In this document: positions 20,324-30,794 of the stretch, piece after piece | How positions within the stretch are numbered: the stretch's first letter is position 1 | Layout: the number at the start of each line of letters is the position of its first letter | Assembly: GCA_963666055.2 (NCBI GenBank) | Contig: CAXWPH010000012.1 | Location: forward strand, 128,001-192,000 | Length of the DNA: 64,000 nt | Direction of reading: 5' to 3' | From: Acidobacteriota bacterium | Lineage (GTDB): Bacteria > Acidobacteriota > UBA890 > WLXD01 | Notes under the pieces: model-generated | The model's input: the letters and a program-made list of their open reading frames with translations, nothing else | The model's database searches: none | Told to the model about the DNA's origin: nothing | Program-made: the position numbers and the translations under genes

Positions 20324-21610
20324 ATGTCCGACTTGGTCGCCCCGCTTGGCGGCCTGATCCTGCTGCTGGCCTTGTCGGGGTTTTTCTCCAGCGCCGAGAC
20401 GGCCCTGATGGCCGTCAGCCGCTATCGCCTGCGCTATCTCGAGCGGCGCGGGGTGCGCAACGCACAGATCGTGCGACGCCTGATCGAAGCCCCCGAGAGC
20501 CTGCTGTCGGCCATCCTGCTAGGCAACAACTTCGTGAATATTGCGGCGTCATCGTTGGCTGCCGCCATCGCCATCCGCGCTGCCGGTGAAAACGGCCTCT
20601 GGGTGGCAACGGTCGTGATGACCGCGGCGATCCTCATCTTCTCCGAGATCGCGCCGAAGACGATCGCCGCCCGTAACCCGGAACAATTAGCGCTGCTCGT
20701 AGCGCGCCCGATTCAGCTGACAGTTCGGCTCCTGCATCCCTTCGCGAGTTGCGCCGCCGGCATCGCGGGCCTGCTGATCCGACCCATCGTGGGCACTGCG
20801 ACGGGCCCTCCGCGCGTCTCCGAGGAGGAGATCCGGGGCATGCTCGAGGTCGGCGAGGAGGAGCGCGTTATTGCCCGCGAGAAGCGCCGCATGCTGTCGA
20901 GCATCTTCCGTCTCACCGAGACCACGATCGAAGACGTGATGATCCCTCGCACGCAGGTGAAGTCCGTCGCCCTCGACGCAACCTCGGAGGAGGTGCTGCA
21001 CGCACTACGGGACTCCGGCGCAACTCGATTGCCGGTGTATCGCGACAACCTCGACGACATCGTCGGCATCTTGCACTCGAAAGACGTCTTTCGATATTGG
21101 GAGAACATCGCCGATCTCGACATCGCGGCGATCATGCGTAAGCCGGTCTACGTGCCCGAGACGGCAACGCTCGAGAGACTGCTACGACTATTCCGCCACC
21201 ATCGCCAGCACATGGCGCTGGTCATCGACGAGTACGGCGGAGTGGAGGGCATCGTCTCCTTGGAGGATCTGCTCGAGGAGATCGTCGGCGACATCGAAGA
21301 TGAGCACGATGAGCCGCCAGAGCCCGAGCTGTTAGAGCTTGACGACGGTACCCTGCTGGTCGTGGGCACCTGCCCGATAAGCATTCTGAACCAACGCTAC
21401 AGCCTCGACCTGAACGCTCGCGATAGCACCACGCTGGCCGGTCTGCTGATGGAGTGGAGCGGTGGCATCCCACAGCCCGGTAAGCGTCTTACGCACGGAG
21501 ATCTGACCTTCCACATCCGGCGGGCAAGCCGCAACCGGATCGATCTCGTACGAATCGAAGGCGTATACGCCGACCCGGCCAACCCCGCCGATTCAACGGA
21601 TCCGGCGTAG
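20324..21610 (+). CDS. HlyC/CorC (CNNM-CBS-CorC) transporter-associated protein
   Basis: [26 protein letters not shown] pair, [19 protein letters not shown]. Confidence 0.95.
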   Translation: MSDLVAPLGGLILLLALSGFFSSAETALMAVSRYRLRYLERRGVRNAQIVRRLIEAPESLLSAILLGNNFVNIAASSLAAAIAIRAAGENGLWVATVVMTAAILIFSEIAPKTIAARNPEQLALLVARPIQLTVRLLHPFASCAAGIAGLLIRPIVGTATGPPRVSEEEIRGMLEVGEEERVIAREKRRMLSSIFRLTETTIEDVMIPRTQVKSVALDATSEEVLHALRDSGATRLPVYRDNLDDIVGILHSKDVFRYWENIADLDIAAIMRKPVYVPETATLERLLRLFRHHRQHMALVIDEYGGVEGIVSLEDLLEEIVGDIEDEHDEPPEPELLELDDGTLLVVGTCPISILNQRYSLDLNARDSTTLAGLLMEWSGGIPQPGKRLTHGDLTFHIRRASRNRIDLVRIEGVYADPANPADSTDPA

Positions 21611-21645
21611 ACCACAGCCCGTCCTCCGGGCATTCGGATTGGTGG

Positions 21646-22860
21646 TCAGAACAACGACACCTCGACTTCTGCGGCCGCGGCAACGCACGTGATATCGGGG
21701 TCGATCTCGATCCAGCCGCTCGCCTGCGCCATGCTGCTGACCGCACTGGAAAACCTGAACGAAGGCGTTGCAACGTGCCCCTCTACGATGACGGGCAACA
21801 ACTGCGTCATGCCAGCGGGCGACCGCACCTCTTCGCCGAGGTCACAGATACGAGTATTGGGCCCCTCCGGTTGGTGACCGATGCGCCGCACGACCGGATC
21901 GACAAGCGCGTGCGCCTGCATCATGCAAGTCGTAGGAAATCCCGGTAGGCCGATAACCGGGCGCCCGCCTACCCGACCCACCAGCAGAGGCTTGCCGGGC
22001 CGCACCGCGACGCCGTGGACCAGGACCTGGCCGAGGTCCCCGACCACATCCGCGATGAGGTCGCGCCGGCCAACCGAGGTGCCTCCGATGGTCACCACGA
22101 GGTCGAAGCCAGGCCGCTGCAATACCTCGGCGAGGGCGTCCGGGTGATCAACGACGATGTCGGCACGGTCTACCTCCGCTCCGGCGCGGGTAAGCAGAGC
22201 TTGCAGCCCGGCGGCGTTGGAGTCGTATACCTGACCCGGCTTCAACTCAGTGCCGAGCGGCACGACCTCATCACCGGTCGGCGTCACCAACACACGCGGC
22301 CGAGCCCACACCTCGACCTCTTGCAGACCTCCTGCGACACACGCCGCCAGAAAGGCGGCATGAACGATCTGTCCCGCGTTCCCGATGGCACGGCCGACGA
22401 GCAGATCCTCGCCGCGGCGCGAGACATGCTGATCCGCTTCGACGGCGACGCCGATTCTCATCTTGTCTCCGTCGCGCGTCGTGTGCTCGACCGGCACAAC
22501 CGCATCGGCACCGGACGGCAGGGGGGCGCCCGTAGCGATCTCAACGCACGTACCCGGCTCGACCTCGATTTCAGCGGGCTGTCCGGCGGCAATCCGTCCG
22601 CGGCAGACGAGAACGTCGCCCTCCGTCGCACCGTCCGCAGCGCGTAGAGCGAAACCGTCCATCGCTGCCCGGTCGGCGGTCGGGACGTCGACGGCGGCGA
22701 CCGCCGGACTCGCCAACACGCGGCCGACAGCGCTCACGAGCGAGATCTTCTCGGTGCGGTCGATGGGGATCGCCAGCTTCGCCGCCGCGGCTCGAACCTC
22801 GGAATAGCTGGCCAGGGTCGCGAAGGGACGCATCGCGGCGCGTTCAGTGTCGGCGCTCAT
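21646..22860 (-). CDS. moeA: Molybdopterin molybdotransferase
   Basis: AAMDGFA, IATGAPLP.GADAVV..E, TGDE, DSN, RPGKP, GLPG.P. Confidence 0.93.
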   Translation of the reverse strand: MSADTERAAMRPFATLASYSEVRAAAAKLAIPIDRTEKISLVSAVGRVLASPAVAAVDVPTADRAAMDGFALRAADGATEGDVLVCRGRIAAGQPAEIEVEPGTCVEIATGAPLPSGADAVVPVEHTTRDGDKMRIGVAVEADQHVSRRGEDLLVGRAIGNAGQIVHAAFLAACVAGGLQEVEVWARPRVLVTPTGDEVVPLGTELKPGQVYDSNAAGLQALLTRAGAEVDRADIVVDHPDALAEVLQRPGFDLVVTIGGTSVGRRDLIADVVGDLGQVLVHGVAVRPGKPLLVGRVGGRPVIGLPGFPTTCMMQAHALVDPVVRRIGHQPEGPNTRICDLGEEVRSPAGMTQLLPVIVEGHVATPSFRFSSAVSSMAQASGWIEIDPDITCVAAAAEVEVSLF

Positions 22861-22894
22861 CGGGGTGCAGTGTAACAGGCTAGACTCGCTCTCC

Positions 22895-24028
22895 ATGGAA
22901 GCCCGCGCGCGCCTGACCGACGCCATTCGCGAGGCCGCCAGCGACGAAGGATTCGATCGCTGCGCCGCCGCTCCGGTGGCGGCACTCGACGCCGCGCCAC
23001 GCCTCCGGGAGTGGTTACGTCAAGGACTCCACGGCGAGATGGCGTGGTTGGAACGAAATGTCGATCGTCGCTGTGAGCCCGGTGTCGTCGTTCCGGGGGC
23101 CCGCTCTGTGTTGATGTTGGCGCGCGACTATCGAACCCACCACGCGGCCACCGAGGACCCTCGACTTGGCCGGCTGTCGCGCTACGCGTGGGGCGACGAG
23201 TACCACGAAGTGCTCGGTGCCGCCATACGGCGCCTCTACGGCCGCATCCAGCGACTCTGTCCAGAGGCCGTAGGACGCTACTACGTCGATACCGGTCCGG
23301 TCATGGAGAAGGCCTGGGCCGAGCTGGCCGGGCTCGGGTGGATCGGCAAGCACACCAACCTGCTCGGCACCCGCACGGGCTCCTGGTTCTTCCTGGCTGC
23401 GATCATCCTGAATGTCGACCTCGACTACGGCACGCCCGAGCGCGACCGCTGCGGCACCTGTCGGGCGTGCATGGACGTGTGCCCGACGCAGGCGATCGTT
23501 GCTCCCTACGTGCTCGATGCGCGTCGTTGCATCTCGTACTTGACCATCGAGCACCGCGGACCGATCCCGCGCTCGTTGCGTGAGCCGATCGGCAACCGCA
23601 TCTTCGGCTGCGACGACTGCCAGGATGTATGTCCGTGGAACCGCTTTGCACGCATGACGGAAGATCCGATGTTTGCGCCGCGCCCGGACAACGAGGCGCC
23701 CAGCCTACGCGAGCTCATGCGTCTCGACCCGGAAGGCTTCCGCCGTCGCTTCCGCCACAGCCCGGTGCGGCGGGCCAAGTACGCAGGATTCCTCCGCAAC
23801 GTCGCGGTGGCGCTCGGCAACTCCGGTGACCCAGCCTCGGCTCCTGTGCTCGCCGAGCGTCTGCGCGATGACGAGCCGCTGATCCGCGGCCATTGCGCTT
23901 GGGCCCTGGGCCGCCTCGGTGGCCAGACGGCGCGCGATTCGCTAACCGCGGCACGCGCGGCGGAAACCGACGTATGGGTTCGCGAGGAGATCGAGCTCGC
24001 GTTGCAGTCGTGTGCCGTGGACGCCTAG
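22895..24028 (+). CDS. queG: Epoxyqueuosine reductase
   Basis: SRYAWG.EYH, YVDTGPVMEK, CGTCRACMDVCPT, CISYLTIE, FGCDDCQDVCPWN, HEAT-like tail. Confidence 0.95.
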   Translation: MEARARLTDAIREAASDEGFDRCAAAPVAALDAAPRLREWLRQGLHGEMAWLERNVDRRCEPGVVVPGARSVLMLARDYRTHHAATEDPRLGRLSRYAWGDEYHEVLGAAIRRLYGRIQRLCPEAVGRYYVDTGPVMEKAWAELAGLGWIGKHTNLLGTRTGSWFFLAAIILNVDLDYGTPERDRCGTCRACMDVCPTQAIVAPYVLDARRCISYLTIEHRGPIPRSLREPIGNRIFGCDDCQDVCPWNRFARMTEDPMFAPRPDNEAPSLRELMRLDPEGFRRRFRHSPVRRAKYAGFLRNVAVALGNSGDPASAPVLAERLRDDEPLIRGHCAWALGRLGGQTARDSLTAARAAETDVWVREEIELALQSCAVDA

Positions 24029-24103
24029 CCAGACCGTGGTGGAAAGGGCACCCGTCCGGGCAGGTTTCTGTGGCATTCTCTAGGCTGCACCAACGGAGGC
24101 TCG

Positions 24104-24958
24104 ATGCGGCTCACCAGGAAGGCTAGCTTGACGGGTATGACGGCGCTGGCCCTTTCCTGCCTGCTGGCTTGGGCGCACGAGCCGCCGCCGACCCTCGTCT
24201 ATCCGGTCGATCTGGTGGCCGACGACGACGGATGGGTAATCGCCGACTTCAAGGCACACGGCTTGTTGCGACTGACGCAGGCCGGCGAGGCCAGGCCCAT
24301 CTACCAGGGGTCGGGAATGCCCCGCTCGCCGTTGTACGGCACGCGCTCGGTGGTTGCTTCACCGGACGGCGACGGCTGGGTCGTCGCCGATCCGGGCACG
24401 TTCGGGCTGTACCGTGTGAGTGCCGGTGGTGAGCTATCGACCATCACGACGGAGCTCGACATTCCGCAGGGTCTGGCCAGGTTCGATGATCAATCGGTGC
24501 TCGTGTCGGATCTGCGCAGCGGCATCGGGGCAGTGCACCGCGTCACCCTCGACGGTCGGGTAACTCTCCTCGCTGACGTCGACAGCCCCAAGGGCATCGT
24601 CGCTGATGGCGCCGACGCCTTTGCAGTCGTGTCGCATGGGGCGCGAGCGCTGTTCCGCATAACGCGGGCAGGCCGGGTTTCTACGATCGCGGCTGGCGAA
24701 CCGTTCGACTTCCCGCACGATCTGGTACGCGACCCGGACGGCAGCTTCGTGGTGACCGACGGTTACGCTGCTGCCCTTTTTCGCGTCTCGCCGGACGGTG
24801 ACGTCAGCGTGCTAGCCCAGGGAGACCCGCTGATAAACCCGCAAGGAATCGTGCGCGACGACGATGGCTACGTGGTGACCGATCCGCAGGCCGGCGCCGT
24901 GTTTCGGATCTCCGTCGACGGCACGGTTCGCCGCATCTTCACAGTCGCCGTTCAATAA
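24104..24958 (+). CDS. Exported NHL/SMP-30-like beta-propeller protein
   Basis: Signal peptide; about six repeats of P.G/D-l...dg..vV.D.....l.rv...G.v. Confidence 0.75.
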   Translation: MRLTRKASLTGMTALALSCLLAWAHEPPPTLVYPVDLVADDDGWVIADFKAHGLLRLTQAGEARPIYQGSGMPRSPLYGTRSVVASPDGDGWVVADPGTFGLYRVSAGGELSTITTELDIPQGLARFDDQSVLVSDLRSGIGAVHRVTLDGRVTLLADVDSPKGIVADGADAFAVVSHGARALFRITRAGRVSTIAAGEPFDFPHDLVRDPDGSFVVTDGYAAALFRVSPDGDVSVLAQGDPLINPQGIVRDDDGYVVTDPQAGAVFRISVDGTVRRIFTVAVQ

Positions 24959-24967
24959 CACACCATT

Positions 24968-25528
24968 TCAGCCAGTAACCACCTGGTAGATTGCCTCGCC
25001 CTTGTTGCGCAGCTCCTCGTCGGACAGGCCCTCGAGCTCGTGCGGGAATACGATCCATTCATCGGTCTCGACCTGCCAATAGTCCGGCCGAATTCCGGTC
25101 TCGTTGCGCAGAGGCTTGTAGTACACGGTTGCGACGCGTAGCTCCGGGGCGTTGCGACGCGCCCGTCGACGGATCTGCTCGAGGATCGCCGCCATCGTAT
25201 GACCGGTGTCGAACACGTCGTCGATGAGCAACACGCGGTTGTCAGCCTCGATCACGTTGATGATGTGCTCGAGCCCCTTGATCTCCACCCCCGAGTCACC
25301 GCGCTGCATCCCCTCGTAGGACTGCGTCTTGATGGTGGTGTGGTACGGGTCCAGGCCGCGCAGCCGGAAGTACTCGTGAATGAGGATCCCCGGAGGCGTG
25401 CCGCCGCGCCAGATCGCTATGAGAAAGTCAGGGCGGAAGCCATCGTCCCAGATCTCACGTGCCAGGCGCACCGATTCCAACATCAGGGTGCGCGCATCGA
25501 TGAAGATCTTCGGGATCGTTTTACCCAA
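24968..25528 (-). CDS. Type I phosphoribosyltransferase (purine PRT-like)
   Basis: IWRGG, PRPP motif VLLIDDVFDTGHT, WIVFPHE. Confidence 0.9.
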   Translation of the reverse strand: MGKTIPKIFIDARTLMLESVRLAREIWDDGFRPDFLIAIWRGGTPPGILIHEYFRLRGLDPYHTTIKTQSYEGMQRGDSGVEIKGLEHIINVIEADNRVLLIDDVFDTGHTMAAILEQIRRRARRNAPELRVATVYYKPLRNETGIRPDYWQVETDEWIVFPHELEGLSDEELRNKGEAIYQVVTG

Positions 25529-25589
25529 GGCCGCCGGCTCCGCTCAGCAGGGCTGACCAGAGCCAGAACGCTAGCAGACTTGGGCGTGG

Positions 25590-25606
25590 CGGGCATGCAT
25601 TTTGCA
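25590..25606 (+). promoter_or_regulatory. Putative sigma54 (-24/-12) promoter upstream of glnA
   Basis: GGCATGCATTTTGCA gives exact GG-N10-GC spacing; context fits glnA. Confidence 0.55.
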
Positions 25607-25895
25607 CCGTGCTCGATCGGCAGTCCCTCGCCTGGCGGTCGAAAGGTGTCGGCAACGCTCAGGTTGGTTGACGGCCGCCAGGGGCGTGGATAGGCTGACC
25701 ACTTCAGGGGCCTCCCCAGCGGCGTGCGGTGGCCGCGTGGATCGGGGGCGAGCATGGGGGCTCGGGGGTTCTTCCTTGCACCAGCGCTAGCCCGATCTGT
25801 TGCCGTACCCGTCTGGGAATCGACTGTATGGAGAGCGTTGTATGGGGTTTGTCGGGCACCAATTTATCCAGCAGGTTCAGGAATTTTCCGACCAG

Positions 25896-27278
25896 ATGGT
25901 GCGCTATACGTCCAAGCATTTGGACGTCGTCGCGGGCGTACCGCGGGGGCTGAGCCTGTCGAGCGTCGACGAGGTGCTGGCGTTCGTTCGAGAGCACCAG
26001 ATCACATCGATCCGTCTGTGGTTCACTGATATCCTCGGGTTCCTCAAGACCTTCGAGATCACCCAACACGAGCTCGAAGGCGCCTTCGAAGAAGGCATGG
26101 GATTCGACGGTTCGTCGATCCATGGATATCAGCGCATTCAAGAGAGCGACATGGTTGCGGTGCCTATCCCGGAAACGGCTCAGTTCATTCCGTTCCAGAT
26201 CGGCCCTTCGCGCTGTATCCGCATGTTTGCCGAGGTGCGCAACCCTGACGGCCGCCCCTACGCAGGCGATCCACGCTATATCCTCAAGCGCCAGCTCGAC
26301 CGCTTGACTGCCCTCGACTTCTCCCACATGAACATCGGACCCGAAGCGGAGTACTTCTACTTCCGCGACGGGCACTCGACCGATGGCCTCGATCAGGCTG
26401 GGTACTTCGACCTGGTACCGACCGATGCTGGCGATGACCTGCGCGAGGCAACGGTGTTCGCGCTCGAAGCCATGGGCATCCAGGTCGAGTACACGCATCA
26501 CGAGGTAGCGCCGTCGCAGCACGAGATCGACCTGAAGTACGACGAGGCGCTGCGGATGGCCGACAAGCTGCAGACCTACAAGTGGCTGGTCAAGGAGGTC
26601 GCACGGCGCAACGGCGTACACGCGACCTTCATGCCCAAGCCGCTGGCGGGCCAAAATGGTAGCGGCATGCACACCCACCTGTCGATCTTCAGCGGCGACA
26701 GCAACGCTTTCTATTCTGCCGACGACGAGCACCATCTGTCGGCCACCTCAAAGTGTTTCCTTGCAGGAGTGCTGGCTCACGCGAAGGGAATCTGCCTGCT
26801 TACCAACCAGTGGTACAACTCGTACAAGCGGCTCGTCCCGGGCTACGAGGCCCCGGTGTACATCGCCTGGGCGGTGCGCAACCGATCGGCTCTGGTGCGC
26901 ATCCCCCAATACAAGCCCGGCAAGGAGGTGGCGACCCGCATAGAGATGCGATTCCCGGACGCCGCGTGCAACCCGTACTTGGCATTCGCCGGCATGCTGG
27001 CGGCAGGGCTCGATGGTCTGGAGCGCGAGTTGCCGCTACGCGACCAGAGCCCCGAGGATCTGTACCACCTGTCCGCCGTGGATCGCGTCGAGAAAGGCAT
27101 CGAGGCGCTGCCACACGATCTGTTCGACGCCGTCGAGTGTGCGCGCCAGTCCGACTTGCTGCGAGAAACCCTGGGCGAGAAGGTCGTCGACAAGTTGGTC
27201 GAAACCAAGATCGCCGAGTACGACGGCTACCGACTCCATGTCTCCAATCGCGAGCTCGAAGAGAGCTTGAAACTCTAG
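25896..27278 (+). CDS. glnA: Glutamine synthetase type I
   Basis: FDGSSI.G, HHEVAPSQHEI, ATFMPKP..G.NGSGMHTH, NSYKRLVPGYEAP, NRSALVRIP, NPYLA. Confidence 0.96.
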   Translation: MVRYTSKHLDVVAGVPRGLSLSSVDEVLAFVREHQITSIRLWFTDILGFLKTFEITQHELEGAFEEGMGFDGSSIHGYQRIQESDMVAVPIPETAQFIPFQIGPSRCIRMFAEVRNPDGRPYAGDPRYILKRQLDRLTALDFSHMNIGPEAEYFYFRDGHSTDGLDQAGYFDLVPTDAGDDLREATVFALEAMGIQVEYTHHEVAPSQHEIDLKYDEALRMADKLQTYKWLVKEVARRNGVHATFMPKPLAGQNGSGMHTHLSIFSGDSNAFYSADDEHHLSATSKCFLAGVLAHAKGICLLTNQWYNSYKRLVPGYEAPVYIAWAVRNRSALVRIPQYKPGKEVATRIEMRFPDAACNPYLAFAGMLAAGLDGLERELPLRDQSPEDLYHLSAVDRVEKGIEALPHDLFDAVECARQSDLLRETLGEKVVDKLVETKIAEYDGYRLHVSNRELEESLKL

Positions 27279-27315
27279 TGTCTGGTAACCGGGAGGCACG
27301 GAACAGCGACCTCCA

Positions 27316-28017
27316 GTGAGGCGAGCAGCGGCTGTCGCCGGCTATGTCGCGATCATGGTCGCCGTGGCCCTGGCCTACGAGACGTTCACCGGCAGTCTGA
27401 CCCCGGCGACTTTCCTGACCATCGCCGGGTTCTATATTGCTACCTCGGGCATCATCACCACCTTCGCAGTGTGGACGGCGGACGAGATCGGCCTGCCGAG
27501 CCTGCTGATCCTGTCTCCGTTGCCAGCGCGAACGCTCTGGAGGCGGTGGGCCATCTACGGTGTCGGCGTTGGGCTGCTGCTGTGTATGGGCAGCATCGTG
27601 CTGTCCAGCGGAGAGGGGGTGGCTCTTCGTCCCTGGTTCTGGAGGCGCATCCAGACACCCCTGGGAACGGTGCTATTCTCGGCGCGCGCAGCGTTGCTCG
27701 AGGAGACGTTCTTCAGGTTGTTCATGATCCCGTTCCTCGTCTCGATCGTCGTGAGGATGAGGCCGCGACAACACCGCCTGCGACTGGAGGGCGGCGCCGC
27801 CCGAGCCATCACGACCCAACCGCAGCCGAGCCGCTGGATGGTTGCCGCGGCAGTGCTCATCTCATCTGTGCTGTTCGGGCTCGCCCATCCGTTCAGCCCG
27901 GTGCCGGCGATAGTGTTGTCTCCGTTGCTGGCGGTTAGCTACCTACGCGGTGGCTGGGAGTCGGCAGTGACTGCCCACTTTGTCGCCAACGTAATCGTGT
28001 TCTCGGTGTACTTCTGA
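27316..28017 (+). CDS. CPBP (CAAX/Abi) intramembrane glutamic protease
   Basis: EE..FR, FGLAH, H...N motifs; multiple TM helices. Confidence 0.85.
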   Translation: MRRAAAVAGYVAIMVAVALAYETFTGSLTPATFLTIAGFYIATSGIITTFAVWTADEIGLPSLLILSPLPARTLWRRWAIYGVGVGLLLCMGSIVLSSGEGVALRPWFWRRIQTPLGTVLFSARAALLEETFFRLFMIPFLVSIVVRMRPRQHRLRLEGGAARAITTQPQPSRWMVAAAVLISSVLFGLAHPFSPVPAIVLSPLLAVSYLRGGWESAVTAHFVANVIVFSVYF

Positions 28018-28024
28018 CGAACAC

Positions 28025-28052
28025 CGAAACCGATCGTCGAGGTTGGCGTATA
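28025..28052 (+). promoter_or_regulatory. ECF-sigma-type promoter (SigW-like)
   Basis: GAAAC-N16-CGTATA about 35 bp upstream of an AGGAG RBS and GTG. Confidence 0.5.
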
Positions 28053-28086
28053 GAGAACCGAGGCTCCGGGGCAACAGGAGAAGATC

Positions 28087-28410
28087 GTGGAAGTCATTGG
28101 TGTTCTGATCGGCTTGATCGCCGTGATCGCGGTCGGAGCTGTGCTCGTGGTGCTCCTCGGCGTGCTGCTACTGCCGTTGGTCGTGCTCATGAAGCTGATC
28201 GGCTTTGGTGTGCAGGTGGCCTTCTCGACTATCGGCTGGGTGTTCGGCGGCCTGTTGTTGTTGCCGGTGATGGTGCTGATGCTGCCGGTGGCCCTACTGC
28301 TCGGAACCCTACTGCTGCTGAAGCTCGTGATCCTGGCGGTGCCGCTGCTATTGCTGGGGCTGGTGGTTTGGGCTCTCGTTACGATGATCCGCAGGCCGGC
28401 GACCGCATGA
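28087..28410 (+). CDS. Small Leu-rich membrane protein
   Basis: Strong RBS; almost entirely hydrophobic 107 aa. Confidence 0.75.
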   Translation: MEVIGVLIGLIAVIAVGAVLVVLLGVLLLPLVVLMKLIGFGVQVAFSTIGWVFGGLLLLPVMVLMLPVALLLGTLLLLKLVILAVPLLLLGLVVWALVTMIRRPATA

Positions 28411-28487
28411 CACTGTCGATCGGCGTCGCGCTACCTCCACGAGGTCGAGCTACCCGTCGTTGACTCGCAGCTGAGCGCGCACCCGAG

Positions 28488-29282
28488 TCACTTCTTGCGT
28501 CCGTCAAACACAGGTACGCGTTTGTCGCGGAACGCCCTCAGTCCCTCGGCTAGGTCATCGCTGGTAAACAGATCTTCCTGAGCTTCGGTCTCGGCCGCCA
28601 AGCTGGCCTCCAGCGAGCCTTCCAATCCACGCCGCAACAGGTACTTGGTCTGGCGGACCATTTCGTGGGCCGTGCCACGCTGAGCCAGCACCGCCGCACG
28701 CTTGCGAACCTCGCCGGGGGGCACCACATCGTGTACCAACCCGAGCTGTAGCGCCTCGGCGCTATCTACCCAACGGCCGCTGATCACTAACTCGAGGGCT
28801 CGCGAGTAGCCGACCAGTTGCGGCAGCCAGAAACTCGCGCCCCAGTCGGGCGTCAGGCCGATGTTGCCCCAGCTGGCGGTGAGTCGGGCACTGTCAGCAG
28901 CAACTCGCAAGTCACAATTGAGTGCCAGCGCGAACCCGGCGCCCGCTGCCACCCCGTTAATCGCAGCCACCGTCAATCCGGGAAACGCTTGGAGCGCGAG
29001 AACGCACTCCACACTCGCATGGAGGATCTGGTGGAACCCGCGATGGTCGTTCGCATCGCGAAGCTCTGCTATTACGTCGACATCGCCACCGGCGCAGAAG
29101 GCGTTGCCCCCGCCAGTGATCACCAGCGCGGCGATTCGCTCGTCGCGAGCTGCCTCGACTATGCGATCGTGCAGCTGCTCGCGCATGTCATCGGCCAGTG
29201 CGTTGAGTTTCTCGGCCCGCGACAACGTAACCTCGGCCACCGCACCGTGGCGCTGCATGGTTACCAACAGCGGCGCGCTCAC
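28488..29282 (-). CDS. Enoyl-CoA hydratase/isomerase (PaaG-like)
   Basis: KLNAL, AFCAGGD, AAINGVAAGAG, GLTPDWG, EGLRAF.DKR.P.F.G. Confidence 0.92.
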   Translation of the reverse strand: MSAPLLVTMQRHGAVAEVTLSRAEKLNALADDMREQLHDRIVEAARDERIAALVITGGGNAFCAGGDVDVIAELRDANDHRGFHQILHASVECVLALQAFPGLTVAAINGVAAGAGFALALNCDLRVAADSARLTASWGNIGLTPDWGASFWLPQLVGYSRALELVISGRWVDSAEALQLGLVHDVVPPGEVRKRAAVLAQRGTAHEMVRQTKYLLRRGLEGSLEASLAAETEAQEDLFTSDDLAEGLRAFRDKRVPVFDGRKK

Positions 29283-30487
29283 CCGCTGTCTCCCAGTCTC
29301 TCCACGAGAATGCTGGTGCCCATCCCGCCCGAGACGCAAAGAGTCGCCAGGCCGCGGTGCTCGTCGCGGCGACGTAGAGCGTGCAGCAAAGTGACCACGA
29401 TGCGTGACCCGGTGCAGCCAATCGGGTGGCCGAGCGAGATCGCCCCGCCGTCGCTGTTGAGCCGCGCGTGGTCAAAGCCCAGGTCACGATCCACCGCCAG
29501 CACCTGGGCCGCGAAAGCCTCGTTGAGCTCCACCCGGTCAATGTCGGCCAGGCTCATGTCGGTCCGTTCGAGCAGCTCGCGAACCGCCGGAACAGGCCCG
29601 ATGCCCATGACCGCCGGATCTACGCCCGCTTGCGTAGCGACGAGTAGCCGTCCCTCGGGCTCCACTCCATGCTTCTCCGCCGCCGCCTCCGACATCATCA
29701 CAAGGGCCGCCGCGCCGTCTGTAACACCGCTGCTATTGCCCGGATGAACCGTGCCGCCTTTCTTGAACACCGGGGTCAGCCGCGCCAAGCTCTCGGGGGT
29801 CACATCGTCGCGTGGGTGCTCATCGCGGGTCACGACCGTCGTGCCACGCCGGCCCGGTACCTCCAGCGGAACGATCTCAGCATCGAACGCGCCGGCGGCG
29901 CGCGCCGCCTGCGCGCGTTGCTGGCTGCGCGCCGCGTACTCATCCTGCTCGGTGCGGGAGATCTCGTATCGCTCGGCGAGACGCTCGGCAGTAAGTCCCA
30001 TCAGATCGCCACACAGCGGACACATGAAGCCGTCCTGGAACTGCCCATCGAGAAGCTGCGCGTGCCCCAGCCGCGCCCCCCAACGCGCCGTCGGCAACAG
30101 GTACGGCGTGTTGCTCATGCTCTCCATGCCACCCGCAATAACAACGTCGGAGACCCCGAGGGAGATCGACTGCGCCGCCAAGATGATCGACTTCATACCC
30201 GAGGCACAGGCCTGGTTGACGGTGAACGCTGGAGTAGTGACGGGAATACCGCTGCCGACAGCGACTTGCCGGGCGGTGTTTGGCCCGCAACCCGCCTGGC
30301 GAGAATGCCCCATGATGACTTCATCGATGGCAGTCGGCTCGACGCCGGCGCGTTGCATGGCCCAGGTCACGGCGTGCGTGCCCAGATCCACCGCGCTCAA
30401 GGGGCGCAGGGCGCCGCCGAACGCACCGATCGGGGTGCGTACCGCGCCAGCAATCAAAACGCGCCGACCATCGCGCAGATCGAGCAT
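29279..30487 (-). CDS. Acetyl-CoA C-acyltransferase (thiolase)
   Basis: RTPIG.F.G, VNQACASG, GGMESMS, NEAFA, GHPIGCTG, LCVSGGMG. Confidence 0.95.
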   Translation of the reverse strand: MLDLRDGRRVLIAGAVRTPIGAFGGALRPLSAVDLGTHAVTWAMQRAGVEPTAIDEVIMGHSRQAGCGPNTARQVAVGSGIPVTTPAFTVNQACASGMKSIILAAQSISLGVSDVVIAGGMESMSNTPYLLPTARWGARLGHAQLLDGQFQDGFMCPLCGDLMGLTAERLAERYEISRTEQDEYAARSQQRAQAARAAGAFDAEIVPLEVPGRRGTTVVTRDEHPRDDVTPESLARLTPVFKKGGTVHPGNSSGVTDGAAALVMMSEAAAEKHGVEPEGRLLVATQAGVDPAVMGIGPVPAVRELLERTDMSLADIDRVELNEAFAAQVLAVDRDLGFDHARLNSDGGAISLGHPIGCTGSRIVVTLLHALRRRDEHRGLATLCVSGGMGTSILVERLGDSG

Positions 30488-30503
30488 GCCGCTCCCTCTT
30501 GGC

Positions 30504-30794
30504 TCAGCGACGTTGGAAATCTGGATCCCGTCGAGCAGCGTACGCCTTGATGCCTTCCTGGCCGCCCGCTGAGGTATAGCGGGCGAGCAGGTTGAGGTCG
30601 GCCCCGGCCGAGAAGAACTTGTCACCGCCGCCGGCTGGCACCATTACGCGCACGGCCGAGTCGTGCCGGACGTCCTCGACAGCCTCCGCTAGCTCGTGCA
30701 GGAGGTCGGAGTTGTAGCTGCTAGCGGGATCGCGGGTCACCGTGGCGAGCGCTACCCCGTCTTGCTTCTCGAGACTGAAAATCGTCCAGGCCAT
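30504..30794 (-). pseudogene. Internally deleted crotonase-family gene
   Basis: Crotonase N-terminus up to FSAGADL joined in frame to the terminal EGIKAYAARRDPDF; only 96 aa. Confidence 0.7.
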
